The translations under genes and the position numbers were made by a program. Of a DNA stretch of 64,000 nucleotides, positions 9,860-20,810 are shown one piece after another. Origin of the DNA: Paramoeba atlantica (lineage: Eukaryota > Protista > Discosea); contig CDRNVI010000032.1 in the NCBI GenBank assembly GCA_977017575.1, positions 254,075-318,074 on the forward strand. The letters run 5' to 3'. The notes below the pieces were generated by a model. That model saw nothing but the letters and a program-made list of their open reading frames with translations. It had not been told where the DNA came from and made no database searches. Position 1 is the first letter of the stretch; every line of letters begins with the position of its first letter.

Positions 9860-10700
9860 TGTACATCAAACCCCTGACCCCCCCCCCCTTCCCCCTTTTC
9901 TTCATTGCCCCACCAACGCTCCCCCCATCGTCTCCTCCACCCCCTTATACCCCCTCACCACCCCCTCCACCACCTCTCTCGAACTCACAAACTCCTCCAT
10001 CCCCTCCCGAAACATGGCATGTTTTTTATAATTCTCCAAAAACACCCCCCGGTGCCACAACTGGTCAAAGTGCCGCAGCATACGCTGCAGCACCCCGCCC
10101 ATCCCGGTGTGGTTCCCCAGCATGAGCCCCCGTACCCTGTAGGGGGAGTCCACGAAAGGGCTCGGTGGACTCACCCCGACGTGGAGGGATCCGGGAACCC
10201 AGGGGACAAAGCCGGGGGGGTTGGTGGCTTTGATCCGGGAGATCGCATTGGAAATCTCCAACGCCTCCACCTCACCTTGGAGGAGATGAACCATCCCGGT
10301 GTAGGCTCCGGAGGGGTTGGTGTGACGGGAGGGGTTGCCTGCCATGTGGTTGGCTGGGGAGAGCACACGTCGGATAATATCCTGTACGGAAGTTTTTTGA
10401 ATCCCCGGGGGGTGGTTGGGTTTACCCAGGTGGAGGGGGGCGTAGCTGGGGATAAGGAAATGACAGGGGGGGAGGGGGACGAGGGTGGCGAGGAGACTCC
10501 AGAGGTCAGTGGGGACTACCCCCGGGAAACGGAGGGGAGCGGTGGTGGCGGCCATTACGGTGGAGACGATGCGGTTCATTTCGTCGACTTTGGGGGCGGT
10601 AAGGTGGAGGACTTCGGTGGCGATGCGGTTGAGGGCGGTGTTGTCGAGGACGATTACCCCGTCGGCGTGTTGGGTGAGACGTTTGAGGGTGAGGATACTG
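9860..10700. other. GC-rich skew-switch island 1
   Basis: The + strand has C-runs at ~9870-10100 and G-runs at ~10140-10700 (judged by eye). It extends past the TUBG stop into the spacer. Confidence 0.75.
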
Positions 10701-11275
10701 TTGTAGGGCTGTACGATGACGTCCGACTCCCCGGTTTTGCTGTGGTTGGGAAACACGCTGTAGGTTTGTACAAGTCTTTTCGGGTAGCGCTCTGAGATTT
10801 GTTCTAGGAGATAGGATCCGAGACCACTGCCGGTACCCCCGGCAATACTGTGTGTGAGGAGAAAACCCTCGAAGTTGTCTGTGTTTTCAGCCTCGCGATC
10901 GATCATGTCAAATAGGTGTTCGGAGACGGTATCGGCCAATTCGTAACCGGTTGCCCAGTTGTTTCCGGCACCACCCCCTTCTGGGTGAATATAAATATTC
11001 TCTGGATTAAACAGAGCTCCAAGAGAACTGCGTTGCACGCCGTGAATTACCCTGGGCTCTAAATCTAGAAGAATAGCACGAGGAATATAATGGTTGTCGT
11101 CCGCGGGATAAAAGAAAATCTCTTTGTGATCAATCACCATATCTGTATTAGATGGGCTTGGCATCGGCATACCATCTGGACCGATGCCGTGCTCCAGGCA
11201 CAGTTGACGCCAAAACTCGGAACCAATTTGATTTCCACATTGGCCACATTGAAGTGTGAGAAGCTCGCGCGGCAT
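9902..11275 (-). CDS. TUBG1: Gamma-tubulin
   Basis: [62 protein letters not shown] and [13 protein letters not shown] are gamma-tubulin signatures. Confidence 0.97.
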   Translation of the reverse strand: MPRELLTLQCGQCGNQIGSEFWRQLCLEHGIGPDGMPMPSPSNTDMVIDHKEIFFYPADDNHYIPRAILLDLEPRVIHGVQRSSLGALFNPENIYIHPEGGGAGNNWATGYELADTVSEHLFDMIDREAENTDNFEGFLLTHSIAGGTGSGLGSYLLEQISERYPKRLVQTYSVFPNHSKTGESDVIVQPYNSILTLKRLTQHADGVIVLDNTALNRIATEVLHLTAPKVDEMNRIVSTVMAATTAPLRFPGVVPTDLWSLLATLVPLPPCHFLIPSYAPLHLGKPNHPPGIQKTSVQDIIRRVLSPANHMAGNPSRHTNPSGAYTGMVHLLQGEVEALEISNAISRIKATNPPGFVPWVPGSLHVGVSPPSPFVDSPYRVRGLMLGNHTGMGGVLQRMLRHFDQLWHRGVFLENYKKHAMFREGMEEFVSSREVVEGVVRGYKGVEETMGGALVGQ

Positions 11276-11471
11276 TCGCGACAGCTATGGGTATTCTATA
11301 ACTTTTTTATTCACTATTCTATAGTTTATTCTAATTTTATAGTTTATGGTAAGGCTAAGAAATAAAATCTGAGTTTTTTTGGCGCCTTTGATGTACCCTT
11401 CAAAATGTTTTTTATGTTTCTGAATAAAAAATACCAAAAACATAAGAAATCAATGAACATAAAGGAAACAC

Positions 11472-14400
11472 TTACCCGACTTCTTCATCCGAATCCGCTT
11501 TTGCATTCTCTTTCGCGGGTATAGAATGATGATTTGAATTTGACGTCGTGGTTGGGCGAGCGCACTGCTTTGAAGAGGAAGGACGCTTTGGCCATAACAC
11601 GCAAGCTCCATCCGGGAGGCACTGCAAGTGGTATGTAATCCAGTCCACCAATAAGAACCTTGTCGGCAGTGTGGAGTGACCTCCTTCCTCGGAATCTTTT
11701 ATGTCGCCACTTCTTTTGATCGGTGGAGTAAGTTTGCTGTCCGCTGGACTTTGCACAATTCCTTGATTAACTGCGTTCCAAGATGTCTTGTCAAAGAGCA
11801 CATGTGTGTACTGAAGACACTGGGACTTGCTGGATATCTCCTGTACGTGATGAACTTGCTGCGCACCGCCGGAATGCAAAATTCGAAGATAGGACTCTGT
11901 GCAGGGCCCCGTTGCGCACACTAACAAACGACACCCGTGAAACGCAAGTTGCCCCGTTTTTTCTCTACGCTCTCGCCATGTTTTGCAGGCATCAGCCAGA
12001 TGTAAAGTGGCACAGCGCGCCTTAAGTCCTACTTTGCTTCTGGTCCACTCGTAGTTTGCTTCCTGTAGCCATGTCATGTGACGCGCACAATCATCAAGAA
12101 AAACGGGACGGAGAACCCATATGCCACGTGCGAGAGCAGTTAGAACAGATTCTCGTTGACTAGGATCTGTGCAGATAAGGTGAGTCGCCGTAGAGATGTC
12201 ATCAGAATCAACAGAAGCTCCCAGTTTTTGCATTGCATCGCGAAGTATGACCACATGAGAGTGATCATAGGAAAGTAAACTGAAGACCAACCTTCGATTT
12301 TGAGCTGATTTCACAGAATCGAAAGACTTGATTTCACTTTGAACAGGATCCAAACTTTGTTTCCGTTCAATCGAGTTGCATCTATTTTCCGATTTTGTTG
12401 GAGAATTGACATTTGTTGTCGATATTTCTCGTGAAGGAGAAAAACGCAGCATTCTTGCCGCTTCGGGTGAGGGGGTGACTTTCAATTCTTCATTTCCAGA
12501 GGGATCATTAAATGGTGGTGAATGGGTTTGATCCTGTGATTGATAGTCAGCAGGAGCTAAAGTGGCATCGTCTTCCTTGGAGTCAGTACCTTTTCTTTCC
12601 AAGCTGTGCACTATTGGGTCGCTCCTGGGCTCAGCGCAAGGTACATGATCATTTGAAGTGAAGTTTTGCTGTTTTTTCGCACCTATTCCAGTTGTCTGTC
12701 CTTCGTACTGCGGAAAATTTTCTCCAACGGTGGTTTGGTGTACGGCTTCGTCCCAGCGATCTTCAATGGGGGAGTCGTCGGGTGGAGCAGGTGGGGGAAT
12801 TCCATCGGCGTACTCTCTCACAAAGTAACCCGCACGCGCACTGCGCTCGATCCAGGATGGATCCACCACTAGAGGACGTCTCACTGAGCTGTCTGCCGTC
12901 GCGCGAACCACATGGGAAGCCCCGGCGGGACTATCCCAGATCATTCCCCCGAGGGCTGTAATAGCCATGCGTATGGGAGTAAGTTCTGTACTCAGTTCCC
13001 GATCAATGTGTATGATAATTGTGCCGGAGTACATGGACGGGGGTGGTGACGCTCGTCGCGGTCTTGGCATAATAGGCTCAAAGTACCATATCCATGAAAT
13101 GGAACACGACGCGGTATTAATGTCATGCTCATTAAGACCATTCGCGGATGCAACCTTATCGTTTTGAACCGATAATCCCCCAGGGGCACAGCTTTTCCGC
13201 TCGACACACATTTCAACCCACGTGGAAGTTACTTTAAGCGGAGCACCAGTGGAAGAACGCTGTGTGACATCTGAAGGAGTACCCAAAGGAGAGTTTGCTT
13301 CTAAAAAAGATACCCAAGGAGGAGTTGGCTGAATCGCTATGCTTGGCGAAAAATTTGAATGAGGCATCAAGCGTTCATGTGAATGTGGAACGACATGACA
13401 GGATGGTACTGCCTTTTCCGAGGACAAGCTAAGCACTCGCCCTCCATGTTTCATAACAAGGTTTTCGAGTTCTTGCAGTCTTTCATGAACAAATTCGTAA
13501 GAAAAAGTAAAAGAAACTCCGAGAAACGTTTCTGATTCCATCAGAATCTCGTCTTGTGATTCTTTAGAGGGTTTCCCGCCTTCCGACCACGTGCTTTCGT
13601 TCAGAGCTTCATTTTTTCGAGTTTTCACACCATCGTGTGAAGCAGAGATAATAGGCATCTCGACGAGAGGACTGACAGACACCTCCTTTTCGCTTGTTGT
13701 TGAAGGAAGTGACCTGTGGCGCGCATCAGCTTCCGAAGTATCAGCCTTGGAAGAAATATCTACTTGGTTAAAAGGGTAGACGTACATATCAGAAAAACCT
13801 TCTTTTCGGTTTAAGAGACTGTCTACTATCCAGCGACTCGTGACAACACGACTTAAGGGTATACAATACCGAGAAAGCAGTGTGCGCAAGGAATCTTCCA
13901 CGTGAGAGGAAAGCCGAGTTTGTGTTTCTGAATGAACAATAACGATATGTGTACAGAGTGGTAAAAGACATGGTGTAATGACTGAGCCAGCAAGTATACC
14001 ACCTCGACGTAGTAAAAAGAAATTTCGTTCTAATGAGTGCAGTATACTTGAAATCTGTTCCCTAGCGTCTCCATGGAGATGTGATGGACTGTAGGACTGT
14101 AATATGGTCATGATATCCGTTGCAGACCATGTATTTAAACCCACATCGGGCTGCGTGCTTTGAGTTTTAACATCGGAAGAAAAAGGTACGGCATCCACTC
14201 GAGGTGTTGAACTCTGAATTTCAGTTGCCACAGTACTTAAGAAGTACGTGACGCATCCTGAGAGAAAAGGCGTACTCGAAAATGTTGTCAAAGCATCGAA
14301 TAATTTTTCCAAAAGATTAGTAGTCAAACGTTTAAAGTGTGAGGCGTGTTGCTCAAAGTGTGGCACCATGTTACTCTTCGCATGGGTGGTACGAAACTCT

Positions 14401-15278
14401 TCATACAACGCTCGACGTGCATCAGCTTCCTGGAAATTTTTCCTCGCGTTTTCTTTGAGAAGCACACCGCAGTATTCTTGCGCCTCGTCGTAGCTGAAAG
14501 GCTCAATAATTTCCAAAGAGGTAGTCCCAGTTTCCTTTGAAATTCCAGATAATTTTACCGGCGTCTTGCTTGAGGAGCGCTTCGAAGACTCAATTCTAGG
14601 TTTTTTAATATCAGTTTCTAAATCTCCAGCCAAATCATAAAATGGGGTGGCTCTACATATATCCGTAATTTCACATTCGACGACAAGTCCACTTTGCAGA
14701 GCAACGAGCCAACAATCATGTACAACCGAAATGTTGTGACGCTCAGCAAATACAACCTTGGCATTTTTCTCTTTCATTCGCCAGTTGAAGTCTCGATCAA
14801 CAAGCAAATGAGACACATTGACCGTCAAATGACCTTGATAAATTCCCCCTAGATCGCGAACCTTGTCAGCAAGTAAAGCTCTGGAAGAGGGGCTGTGTCC
14901 CGTAACACAAATGCAATATCCAGTAAGAGGCTTAACACTAAAATTGGACGATAAATCAGGTTTTGGCGGAGAAATATGGGTGTGTTCGGGGTGTTCCTGA
15001 CCACCTAGGGACATTGGTCTTTGTGCCACACTAAGTCCAAGGATCCTATTGCAACGAATAGACTCGCGCACCCATGTCTCCGCAACAAGAGCAACATTAC
15101 CCAACTGCCGCGCCGCAACACATTTTTTTGTCGACCCCCGATTCGCCACGATATGCGTTAGGTCGGTAGCGGCGTCGGCAGAAAAGTTTCCACCCCGTGA
15201 TTCTACTAACTCCCGTAATTCAGATCTTTTATTTATCGAGAAGCCTGATGAAGTAAACCGAAGCCCAGAGAACAACAT
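11472..15278 (-). CDS. TOPBP1: Multi-BRCT protein, TOPBP1/Rad4/Dpb11-like
   Basis: Several BRCT repeats, e.g. FSGLRFTSSG...RGGNF...LTHIV...AETWVRESI, LTGYCICVTG...LGGIY...VSHLL...HDCWL, and LGASV...ATHLI...GIWVLRPVFLDDC. Confidence 0.75.
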   Translation of the reverse strand: MLFSGLRFTSSGFSINKRSELRELVESRGGNFSADAATDLTHIVANRGSTKKCVAARQLGNVALVAETWVRESIRCNRILGLSVAQRPMSLGGQEHPEHTHISPPKPDLSSNFSVKPLTGYCICVTGHSPSSRALLADKVRDLGGIYQGHLTVNVSHLLVDRDFNWRMKEKNAKVVFAERHNISVVHDCWLVALQSGLVVECEITDICRATPFYDLAGDLETDIKKPRIESSKRSSSKTPVKLSGISKETGTTSLEIIEPFSYDEAQEYCGVLLKENARKNFQEADARRALYEEFRTTHAKSNMVPHFEQHASHFKRLTTNLLEKLFDALTTFSSTPFLSGCVTYFLSTVATEIQSSTPRVDAVPFSSDVKTQSTQPDVGLNTWSATDIMTILQSYSPSHLHGDAREQISSILHSLERNFFLLRRGGILAGSVITPCLLPLCTHIVIVHSETQTRLSSHVEDSLRTLLSRYCIPLSRVVTSRWIVDSLLNRKEGFSDMYVYPFNQVDISSKADTSEADARHRSLPSTTSEKEVSVSPLVEMPIISASHDGVKTRKNEALNESTWSEGGKPSKESQDEILMESETFLGVSFTFSYEFVHERLQELENLVMKHGGRVLSLSSEKAVPSCHVVPHSHERLMPHSNFSPSIAIQPTPPWVSFLEANSPLGTPSDVTQRSSTGAPLKVTSTWVEMCVERKSCAPGGLSVQNDKVASANGLNEHDINTASCSISWIWYFEPIMPRPRRASPPPSMYSGTIIIHIDRELSTELTPIRMAITALGGMIWDSPAGASHVVRATADSSVRRPLVVDPSWIERSARAGYFVREYADGIPPPAPPDDSPIEDRWDEAVHQTTVGENFPQYEGQTTGIGAKKQQNFTSNDHVPCAEPRSDPIVHSLERKGTDSKEDDATLAPADYQSQDQTHSPPFNDPSGNEELKVTPSPEAARMLRFSPSREISTTNVNSPTKSENRCNSIERKQSLDPVQSEIKSFDSVKSAQNRRLVFSLLSYDHSHVVILRDAMQKLGASVDSDDISTATHLICTDPSQRESVLTALARGIWVLRPVFLDDCARHMTWLQEANYEWTRSKVGLKARCATLHLADACKTWRERREKTGQLAFHGCRLLVCATGPCTESYLRILHSGGAQQVHHVQEISSKSQCLQYTHVLFDKTSWNAVNQGIVQSPADSKLTPPIKRSGDIKDSEEGGHSTLPTRFLLVDWITYHLQCLPDGACVLWPKRPSSSKQCARPTTTSNSNHHSIPAKENAKADSDEEVG

Positions 15279-15491
15279 ATGTATTTTAAGATATTTTCAT
15301 AACAGATAGATAAAATATTACCAGTGTTAGATTTTTGTGGCTAAACAAAGAAGGAAAAGCAATTACAAACAAAAAAGGTACAGTGCGCCATACAACAAGA
15401 TACACCATCAATAATTTCGTGCGACAGAATGTGGATACATGCACGGCATGTGTAGTGACATTTCCAAAGACAAGACTCGGCTTTCAAGCAG

Positions 15492-15950
15492 CTAAGCAGT
15501 GTGCCTGATTGTTGGTTCAGTTAAAGAAGCGCCCAATTCTAAAATAGGCTGTAAAATATTTTCCCGGTTAGTTTCCACAATCTTTCCGTCCACAACCATT
15601 TCATTAAGAATAAGATACGCCTTCTCTAGGTGAAGCATCAGATCAAGCTCACAAACATTATCAAAATACTGATCAAACGTCTCCACCATGCAGTGAATAA
15701 ATTCTAGAACAGCAAGTTCGTTTTCTTCTTCGTCAACACCAACGATAAAAAACAATGAAGCATACCTCCGGTATATGAGCTTGTGACCCAAGTGCTCTAA
15801 AAAGTTACAGTGTGATTCTTTTCGCTGTAGGCATTTACGTACTACTTCGCCCTCTAGTGCTGAACGCTCTGAAATAGGAACCCATTTCGTGTAATGTGCC
15901 AGGCGAGTTTGTCCGTGCTTGTTGACCAACAGAACGAAAAGAATAGTCAT
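15492..15950 (-). CDS. AP4S1: Adaptor complex AP-4 sigma subunit
   Basis: LLVNKHGQTRL, LIYRRYASLFFIVGV, ENELAVLEFIH...YFDNVCELD and IVETNRENIL match the sigma family. NKxGQTRL and VETNR favour AP-4. Confidence 0.85.
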   Translation of the reverse strand: MTILFVLLVNKHGQTRLAHYTKWVPISERSALEGEVVRKCLQRKESHCNFLEHLGHKLIYRRYASLFFIVGVDEEENELAVLEFIHCMVETFDQYFDNVCELDLMLHLEKAYLILNEMVVDGKIVETNRENILQPILELGASLTEPTIRHTA

Positions 15951-16478
15951 GTAAAGTTATGTGAGGACTATACAAATACGGCATAGATGATAAACTTTTC
16001 GGACAATCAACGGCATAGACGTTTCAACTTAGATGAAGTACATGTATATCTCTCAACAACTAAGAGGGCGCACTGCATATTTAATACAGGGGATACAGTA
16101 TGTTCTTGTGAGAACCTTTCCTACTTGGTCAAAAGGATATTCGTCCGAAAACTGGCACTTACCTAAAAGTAAAAGTTCGAGCTATTCAATAATGCTTATT
16201 CCGACCTCAAATCCAGAAAAAATCCCATGACTGGAGCCTATGTGTTACTGTAGCACATAGACAGCGTTTGTGGAAATATACGTGTACATGGCTGACAACT
16301 CGATGCTCTGTCCAAGAATTTGCTAAGAAAGTCTGGTTGTCATGGAGAGATACTGTATTCCATATATGCCGGATATGGAATCCAGAATGTATCACACATG
16401 TAATGTAAGTCCAGAGGAGAGTGTTGCCTTCTGAACCCATTGCGAGGAGTTGGGTCGCACTGTTCATGGTGTCTGTAC

Positions 16479-18791
16479 TTAGAGGATATTCAAAAGCGCG
16501 TGATCCTCATTAATTGCATAGGTTTCGGACAGCAACGAATCATGTGGTGAATCAGATTCGTTAATGCGAAAGGGATATGCTCCCGGATATTTTTCAAAAT
16601 GTTTCCGAATGTCTTCATACGAATTTGATTCCACAATGCAAATGCCTTGTGCTCCAGAAGTTTTCGGCAAAGAAGATAATATGTCTCTACAGTGTTGCGC
16701 TATATGACCTTTTCGAGAAAGTATATAAACCTCGCATTCGGGATTTAAGTCGTGAATCATATTAGCAATAGCAAGAAGCCTCATTGCAGTCCCGTGTCCA
16801 CGAGATTTGGTAAAACCAGGCTCCTTCATACTCAAAGCTTGCTCCACCGGTTTCGTATTCTCTTTTTCGTATTTGCCTTTGTGACTTTGACACAATGTCC
16901 TTGTGTCACTGAGTGACGCACTAGAGGTAGAAAAACTTGAAGGCCGAATTCCAAAATCACTTTTTGAAGCAGTGTCCCTTAATCCAAGCAGAACACGTTC
17001 ATTTTTTTCTTTCGGTGCACAGACGCGCTGTGACGATCGAAATCCTTCGAAAAGATTCTCAGTAAACGATGATAATTTCTGGGAATGTCCGTAAAAATGC
17101 CTATGAGCACGAAGCTGATCAATGAACGACATTATATAAAGCTTTTTGTTTAGTTTACCGTGATTTTTTTGAGATAGAACTTTCATCTGACGAGAGTACG
17201 TCTCGCTCTCTTTATTCAAATGCAGTTTTTTTGCCTTTTCATGCAAGCAGAAAAGATTTCGCACGTGTGTATACGGTACGAGCAAAGTATCAAAAATGGA
17301 GCCCAGTTCTCTTGCATTTAACTCAGGACTTACATAGAGGTGTGAGTCGAGAACAGCGACTCGTCCTTCGACTATAATACGCTTGTGTTCAGAACCAAAA
17401 ACACAGATGCCAGATGTAATCATTGGAATTGCTGGGGCGAGATACTCCTGCAATTGTATAGCGACGTACAGTGCCGCGTCCGCATCTTTCATCTTAAGAA
17501 GAACATCAAGAATTGCTTCATAAAGAGTACTAAGTGAAAGTTCATTGCTCTGCACGCATTCTAAAAGACTACGTTGTCGTATTCGCATGAAAAATTCCAT
17601 TGCCTCATTAATTCTTGGAGGGATGATCTCATTCTTCGTAACCAAGTTAGTATCTGCAGAAGAACGACAGAGCATTGCATAGAGCATAGCGTAAAGCAAT
17701 GATCGCGGGGCTGTAATTTTATGATCACATGCCAGGCGAAGAATACTCGACAGTTTAGATATGTCTGTACGACAACAAGAAACAAGAATGTCAAGCGTCT
17801 CTGGTGTAAGCACGCGGTGCTTCAATGATTGTTCTACTCCATGAGATACCAGAGAAAACGCCTTTCGCCAGTGACCCCCCGATGCTACAATCTCTAGACA
17901 TGCATTACGCATCGATGTTGAACGATCCACTGATGGAACGGCATTGTAGAGCTTGAGGGCTCTGATCAAGAGTTCATGCCTTATCCAATTTTGGTCAGCT
18001 GTACTAGAAGGAGTGCAAAATTCTTGACGTCGGTCTTGCTGAGATACTCGCAAACCGATTTCATGAAGGCTACGATTGATTACATGAAAAATTTCAGCTA
18101 CTAGATGGGCGTCACCACTTTTGGCATCCTGAAGTTCTGTGCCTTCCTCTTCGTATGAGTAAGTTGGGTTTGATGTAGTCAACGATCTGCACTTTGAATG
18201 CTCCTGATAGGCAAGCACCTGTAAACTTAAATTCAGAGCATACGATAACGCAGTTTTCCATGGTGCGTGATTTCGAAGCGCTACTAGGGAAGAGTGCTGC
18301 GCTTGCACATTGGCTCTGCCGAGCTCGGATTCCATTTCCGAGAGAACACTGAGCACTTCTTGCCAAAGTCCAGCGCAGCGATACGCACCAATGAGTGCAG
18401 TATAATGATGTGAGCTAATCACGTTTTTCGGATTATTCGTTAAAATATTCCAATATTCAAGTGCCCATTTCCATTCGCCTCTCGAAACAACTGAGGTCAT
18501 GAGTGTTCCTAAGTGCAGACTGTTTAGCACTCTCCCGTATTCATCTGACCACAGGTCAGCAATTTGTTTGCATTTGCTAATTTGATTTTTTTTTCGAAGG
18601 TAAATAAAAATGCCATGAAGGACTTTCTGAGTAAGCTCACCACTTGAAACAGCGCGCTGCATAATAGAGCTCACATCGGAAACGGAGCAAGCACTAAGTG
18701 CGTGGGAAAGAGGCAGTCTACGAACACCTAACTTATGGTGCGCGAATATTTTGGTAGGTACCGCTCCTTTAAGAATTCCTTGGCGAACCAT
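16479..18791 (-). CDS. PPR-repeat protein, probably mitochondrial, with a possible degenerate C-terminal PIN-like domain
   Basis: PPR-like repeats HHYTALIGAYRCAGLWQEVLSVLSEM and MRNACLEIVASGGHWRKAFSLV. The C-terminal part has AVLDSHLY...LLVPYTHVRNL. Confidence 0.65.
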   Translation of the reverse strand: MVRQGILKGAVPTKIFAHHKLGVRRLPLSHALSACSVSDVSSIMQRAVSSGELTQKVLHGIFIYLRKKNQISKCKQIADLWSDEYGRVLNSLHLGTLMTSVVSRGEWKWALEYWNILTNNPKNVISSHHYTALIGAYRCAGLWQEVLSVLSEMESELGRANVQAQHSSLVALRNHAPWKTALSYALNLSLQVLAYQEHSKCRSLTTSNPTYSYEEEGTELQDAKSGDAHLVAEIFHVINRSLHEIGLRVSQQDRRQEFCTPSSTADQNWIRHELLIRALKLYNAVPSVDRSTSMRNACLEIVASGGHWRKAFSLVSHGVEQSLKHRVLTPETLDILVSCCRTDISKLSSILRLACDHKITAPRSLLYAMLYAMLCRSSADTNLVTKNEIIPPRINEAMEFFMRIRQRSLLECVQSNELSLSTLYEAILDVLLKMKDADAALYVAIQLQEYLAPAIPMITSGICVFGSEHKRIIVEGRVAVLDSHLYVSPELNARELGSIFDTLLVPYTHVRNLFCLHEKAKKLHLNKESETYSRQMKVLSQKNHGKLNKKLYIMSFIDQLRAHRHFYGHSQKLSSFTENLFEGFRSSQRVCAPKEKNERVLLGLRDTASKSDFGIRPSSFSTSSASLSDTRTLCQSHKGKYEKENTKPVEQALSMKEPGFTKSRGHGTAMRLLAIANMIHDLNPECEVYILSRKGHIAQHCRDILSSLPKTSGAQGICIVESNSYEDIRKHFEKYPGAYPFRINESDSPHDSLLSETYAINEDHALLNIL

Positions 18792-19360
18792 TTTTGCGTT
18801 CTATTACATGTACATTTGCATATGGTATAGCACTGGTAAAATGTTTCATAGTTGTCGTTCAAATTGCCAGATTGTTACGCTCAAAAGATCTTATAAAAGT
18901 AGTTTGGTATAAAAATTGCAAAATTGTAAAAGATCAAAACAGAAAATCAGGTGTTCGCCTTTGTGCAGTGCTCCAAAATACAGTTGTGTTACCTGGTGAG
19001 AAGTATGATCGGATGAAGTTTTGAGGAGCAAATACATTTAACATTTCACTTGGTTCGTTACCAATTCGCAATCCGATTGACTCTTTCTAATTTTTAGGGA
19101 CACACCATTGAATCTAATATAATTTGTACAAATCTAACTCTAGGGGACGAGGAGTAAAAAGTAGAGCACAACAAACAAAATACATTAACTCTTGCAAAAA
19201 TCAATAGACGCTATACGCACGTACAAACTGGATGGCATTAATATAAATGTGTGTGTGATTAAGTTCAACAAGTTTATTGATGTTAAAAGACCTGAAATAA
19301 CTTTTATTAAGATATGCAAAACGTAAAACCGAAATCAGCGCTTTGAGTCCAAGAAGCCAT

Positions 19361-20650
19361 TCAAATTCGTCTTTTCTCTTCGAAATACACGTCTGAAGGT
19401 CCAGAAAGAAACATTGATAAACCATGAGTTCTAAGTGTGTGTCCTCTGGATTTACCGTAATAAAGTATAAGTCGATTTAGTATCTCACGTTCCAAAGAGC
19501 TGCTTCGCACTGCTTTAGAAGGAAACAACTCCCTTTGCCGTCGTAGCGCAGTAATGATGTCGTACATCCTTTCCCTGGCCTCTTCATGATGAGGGTATTC
19601 CGGATATGCAAGAGGCTCATTAAACAAACACAATTCCTTTTGCATGTCTTTGACTTCATGATAAATTTCTTCAACACCTATCGTAGAAAGCACAGATATA
19701 TCAGAAGGACATTCGTCGGAGTGTTGCGCTCGACTGTCATACCTTTCCAGATGATTTCTGGCAATATCCAACGGACATGGATTGATCATTGAGGAAGATG
19801 AAATCAATCCCTCCCAAGGACAGTAGGTTTGAAACGCCACAACATTACGGGTGACGTTACGCACCGCATACAGAACATCAATGTTAGCACAACAACACGC
19901 ATCGAAGTAGAGGCAATCAAGGTGAACGCCGAGCTCTTCAAGGGTTCGACCAATTTCACGAATCCCCAAAGAATGATCCCCATCGGAGAGGTCATCACAG
20001 TGTAAATGGTATCCTGTGCTGTGACTACAAAAGAAAAGATGACGCAGACGGGAGAGATCCCCGAGGTGGGTGGAGAGAAACCAACGTAGTGTCGCGGCGG
20101 AGCTCATCACGGAGGGAAGCTTGACGCTCTCGTGAAGCACACGATCGTTGCGGGCCTTGTACAGCGTCGATTGACCCAGTCGAGAGAGAAGCACGACATA
20201 TCGACCATTGGAGGGTAAGAGTTGAGAGCACAGTTTGTGTCGAATGTCGTGATGGACGTGCTGCTCTGGCCAATTGTCTGCGCCATAGTAAAATGCGGTT
20301 GTGGAGAGTGTCTCGGAGGGGGAAGAATTTGTGGAAAGTTGAGGGAAACGCTCGCAACATTTCAAATGAGAAGAGGGCCCCGCCTTAGTGAGATTAAGGG
20401 GTCGTAGACTATCTTCTACGAATGACGCGCAGGGAAGACTTAGCGGCGAGGAAAATCGCGAAGAAAACGTGCACAACGAACGCGACTCTGCTTCTTTGTG
20501 TATAGCGACTTGCGAAATTGGCGGGTCGCAGTATCCGCGGACCCCAAACGACATAAGGCGTTTTCTGGATACTATATTCGAAGGATGGCACCTTTCGCGT
20601 ATCCCAAAATTAGGTATAAACTTCATGGAGAAAATGCTGTATGTAAACAA
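19361..20650 (-). CDS. PNT1: Clostripain-family (C11) cysteine peptidase, PNT1-like
   Basis: His-Cys dyad context LFFCSHSTG and CLYFDACCCANIDVLYAV...VVAFQTYCPWEG. The ortholog assignment to kinetoplastid PNT1 is inferred. Confidence 0.7.
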   Translation of the reverse strand: MFTYSIFSMKFIPNFGIRERCHPSNIVSRKRLMSFGVRGYCDPPISQVAIHKEAESRSLCTFSSRFSSPLSLPCASFVEDSLRPLNLTKAGPSSHLKCCERFPQLSTNSSPSETLSTTAFYYGADNWPEQHVHHDIRHKLCSQLLPSNGRYVVLLSRLGQSTLYKARNDRVLHESVKLPSVMSSAATLRWFLSTHLGDLSRLRHLFFCSHSTGYHLHCDDLSDGDHSLGIREIGRTLEELGVHLDCLYFDACCCANIDVLYAVRNVTRNVVAFQTYCPWEGLISSSSMINPCPLDIARNHLERYDSRAQHSDECPSDISVLSTIGVEEIYHEVKDMQKELCLFNEPLAYPEYPHHEEARERMYDIITALRRQRELFPSKAVRSSSLEREILNRLILYYGKSRGHTLRTHGLSMFLSGPSDVYFEEKRRI

Positions 20651-20810
20651 AAATGGTAGGTTTGTGTAAATATTATATTTATTGCAGAAATAGTATTAAA
20701 CTACACCAATGTAATAAAAAAAGGAAGCGCTCACTATCATACTAACACTCTCAGAAATGGTTCAGTAATTTTTTTTAATGATTTGAATAATGTTTTTACA
20801 ACCATTTCAT

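Noticed and set aside
16207-16467. 86-aa ORF between the PPR and AP4S1 genes
   Set aside because: No motif, and it starts 12 bp after the PPR stop, so it is likely 3' UTR.
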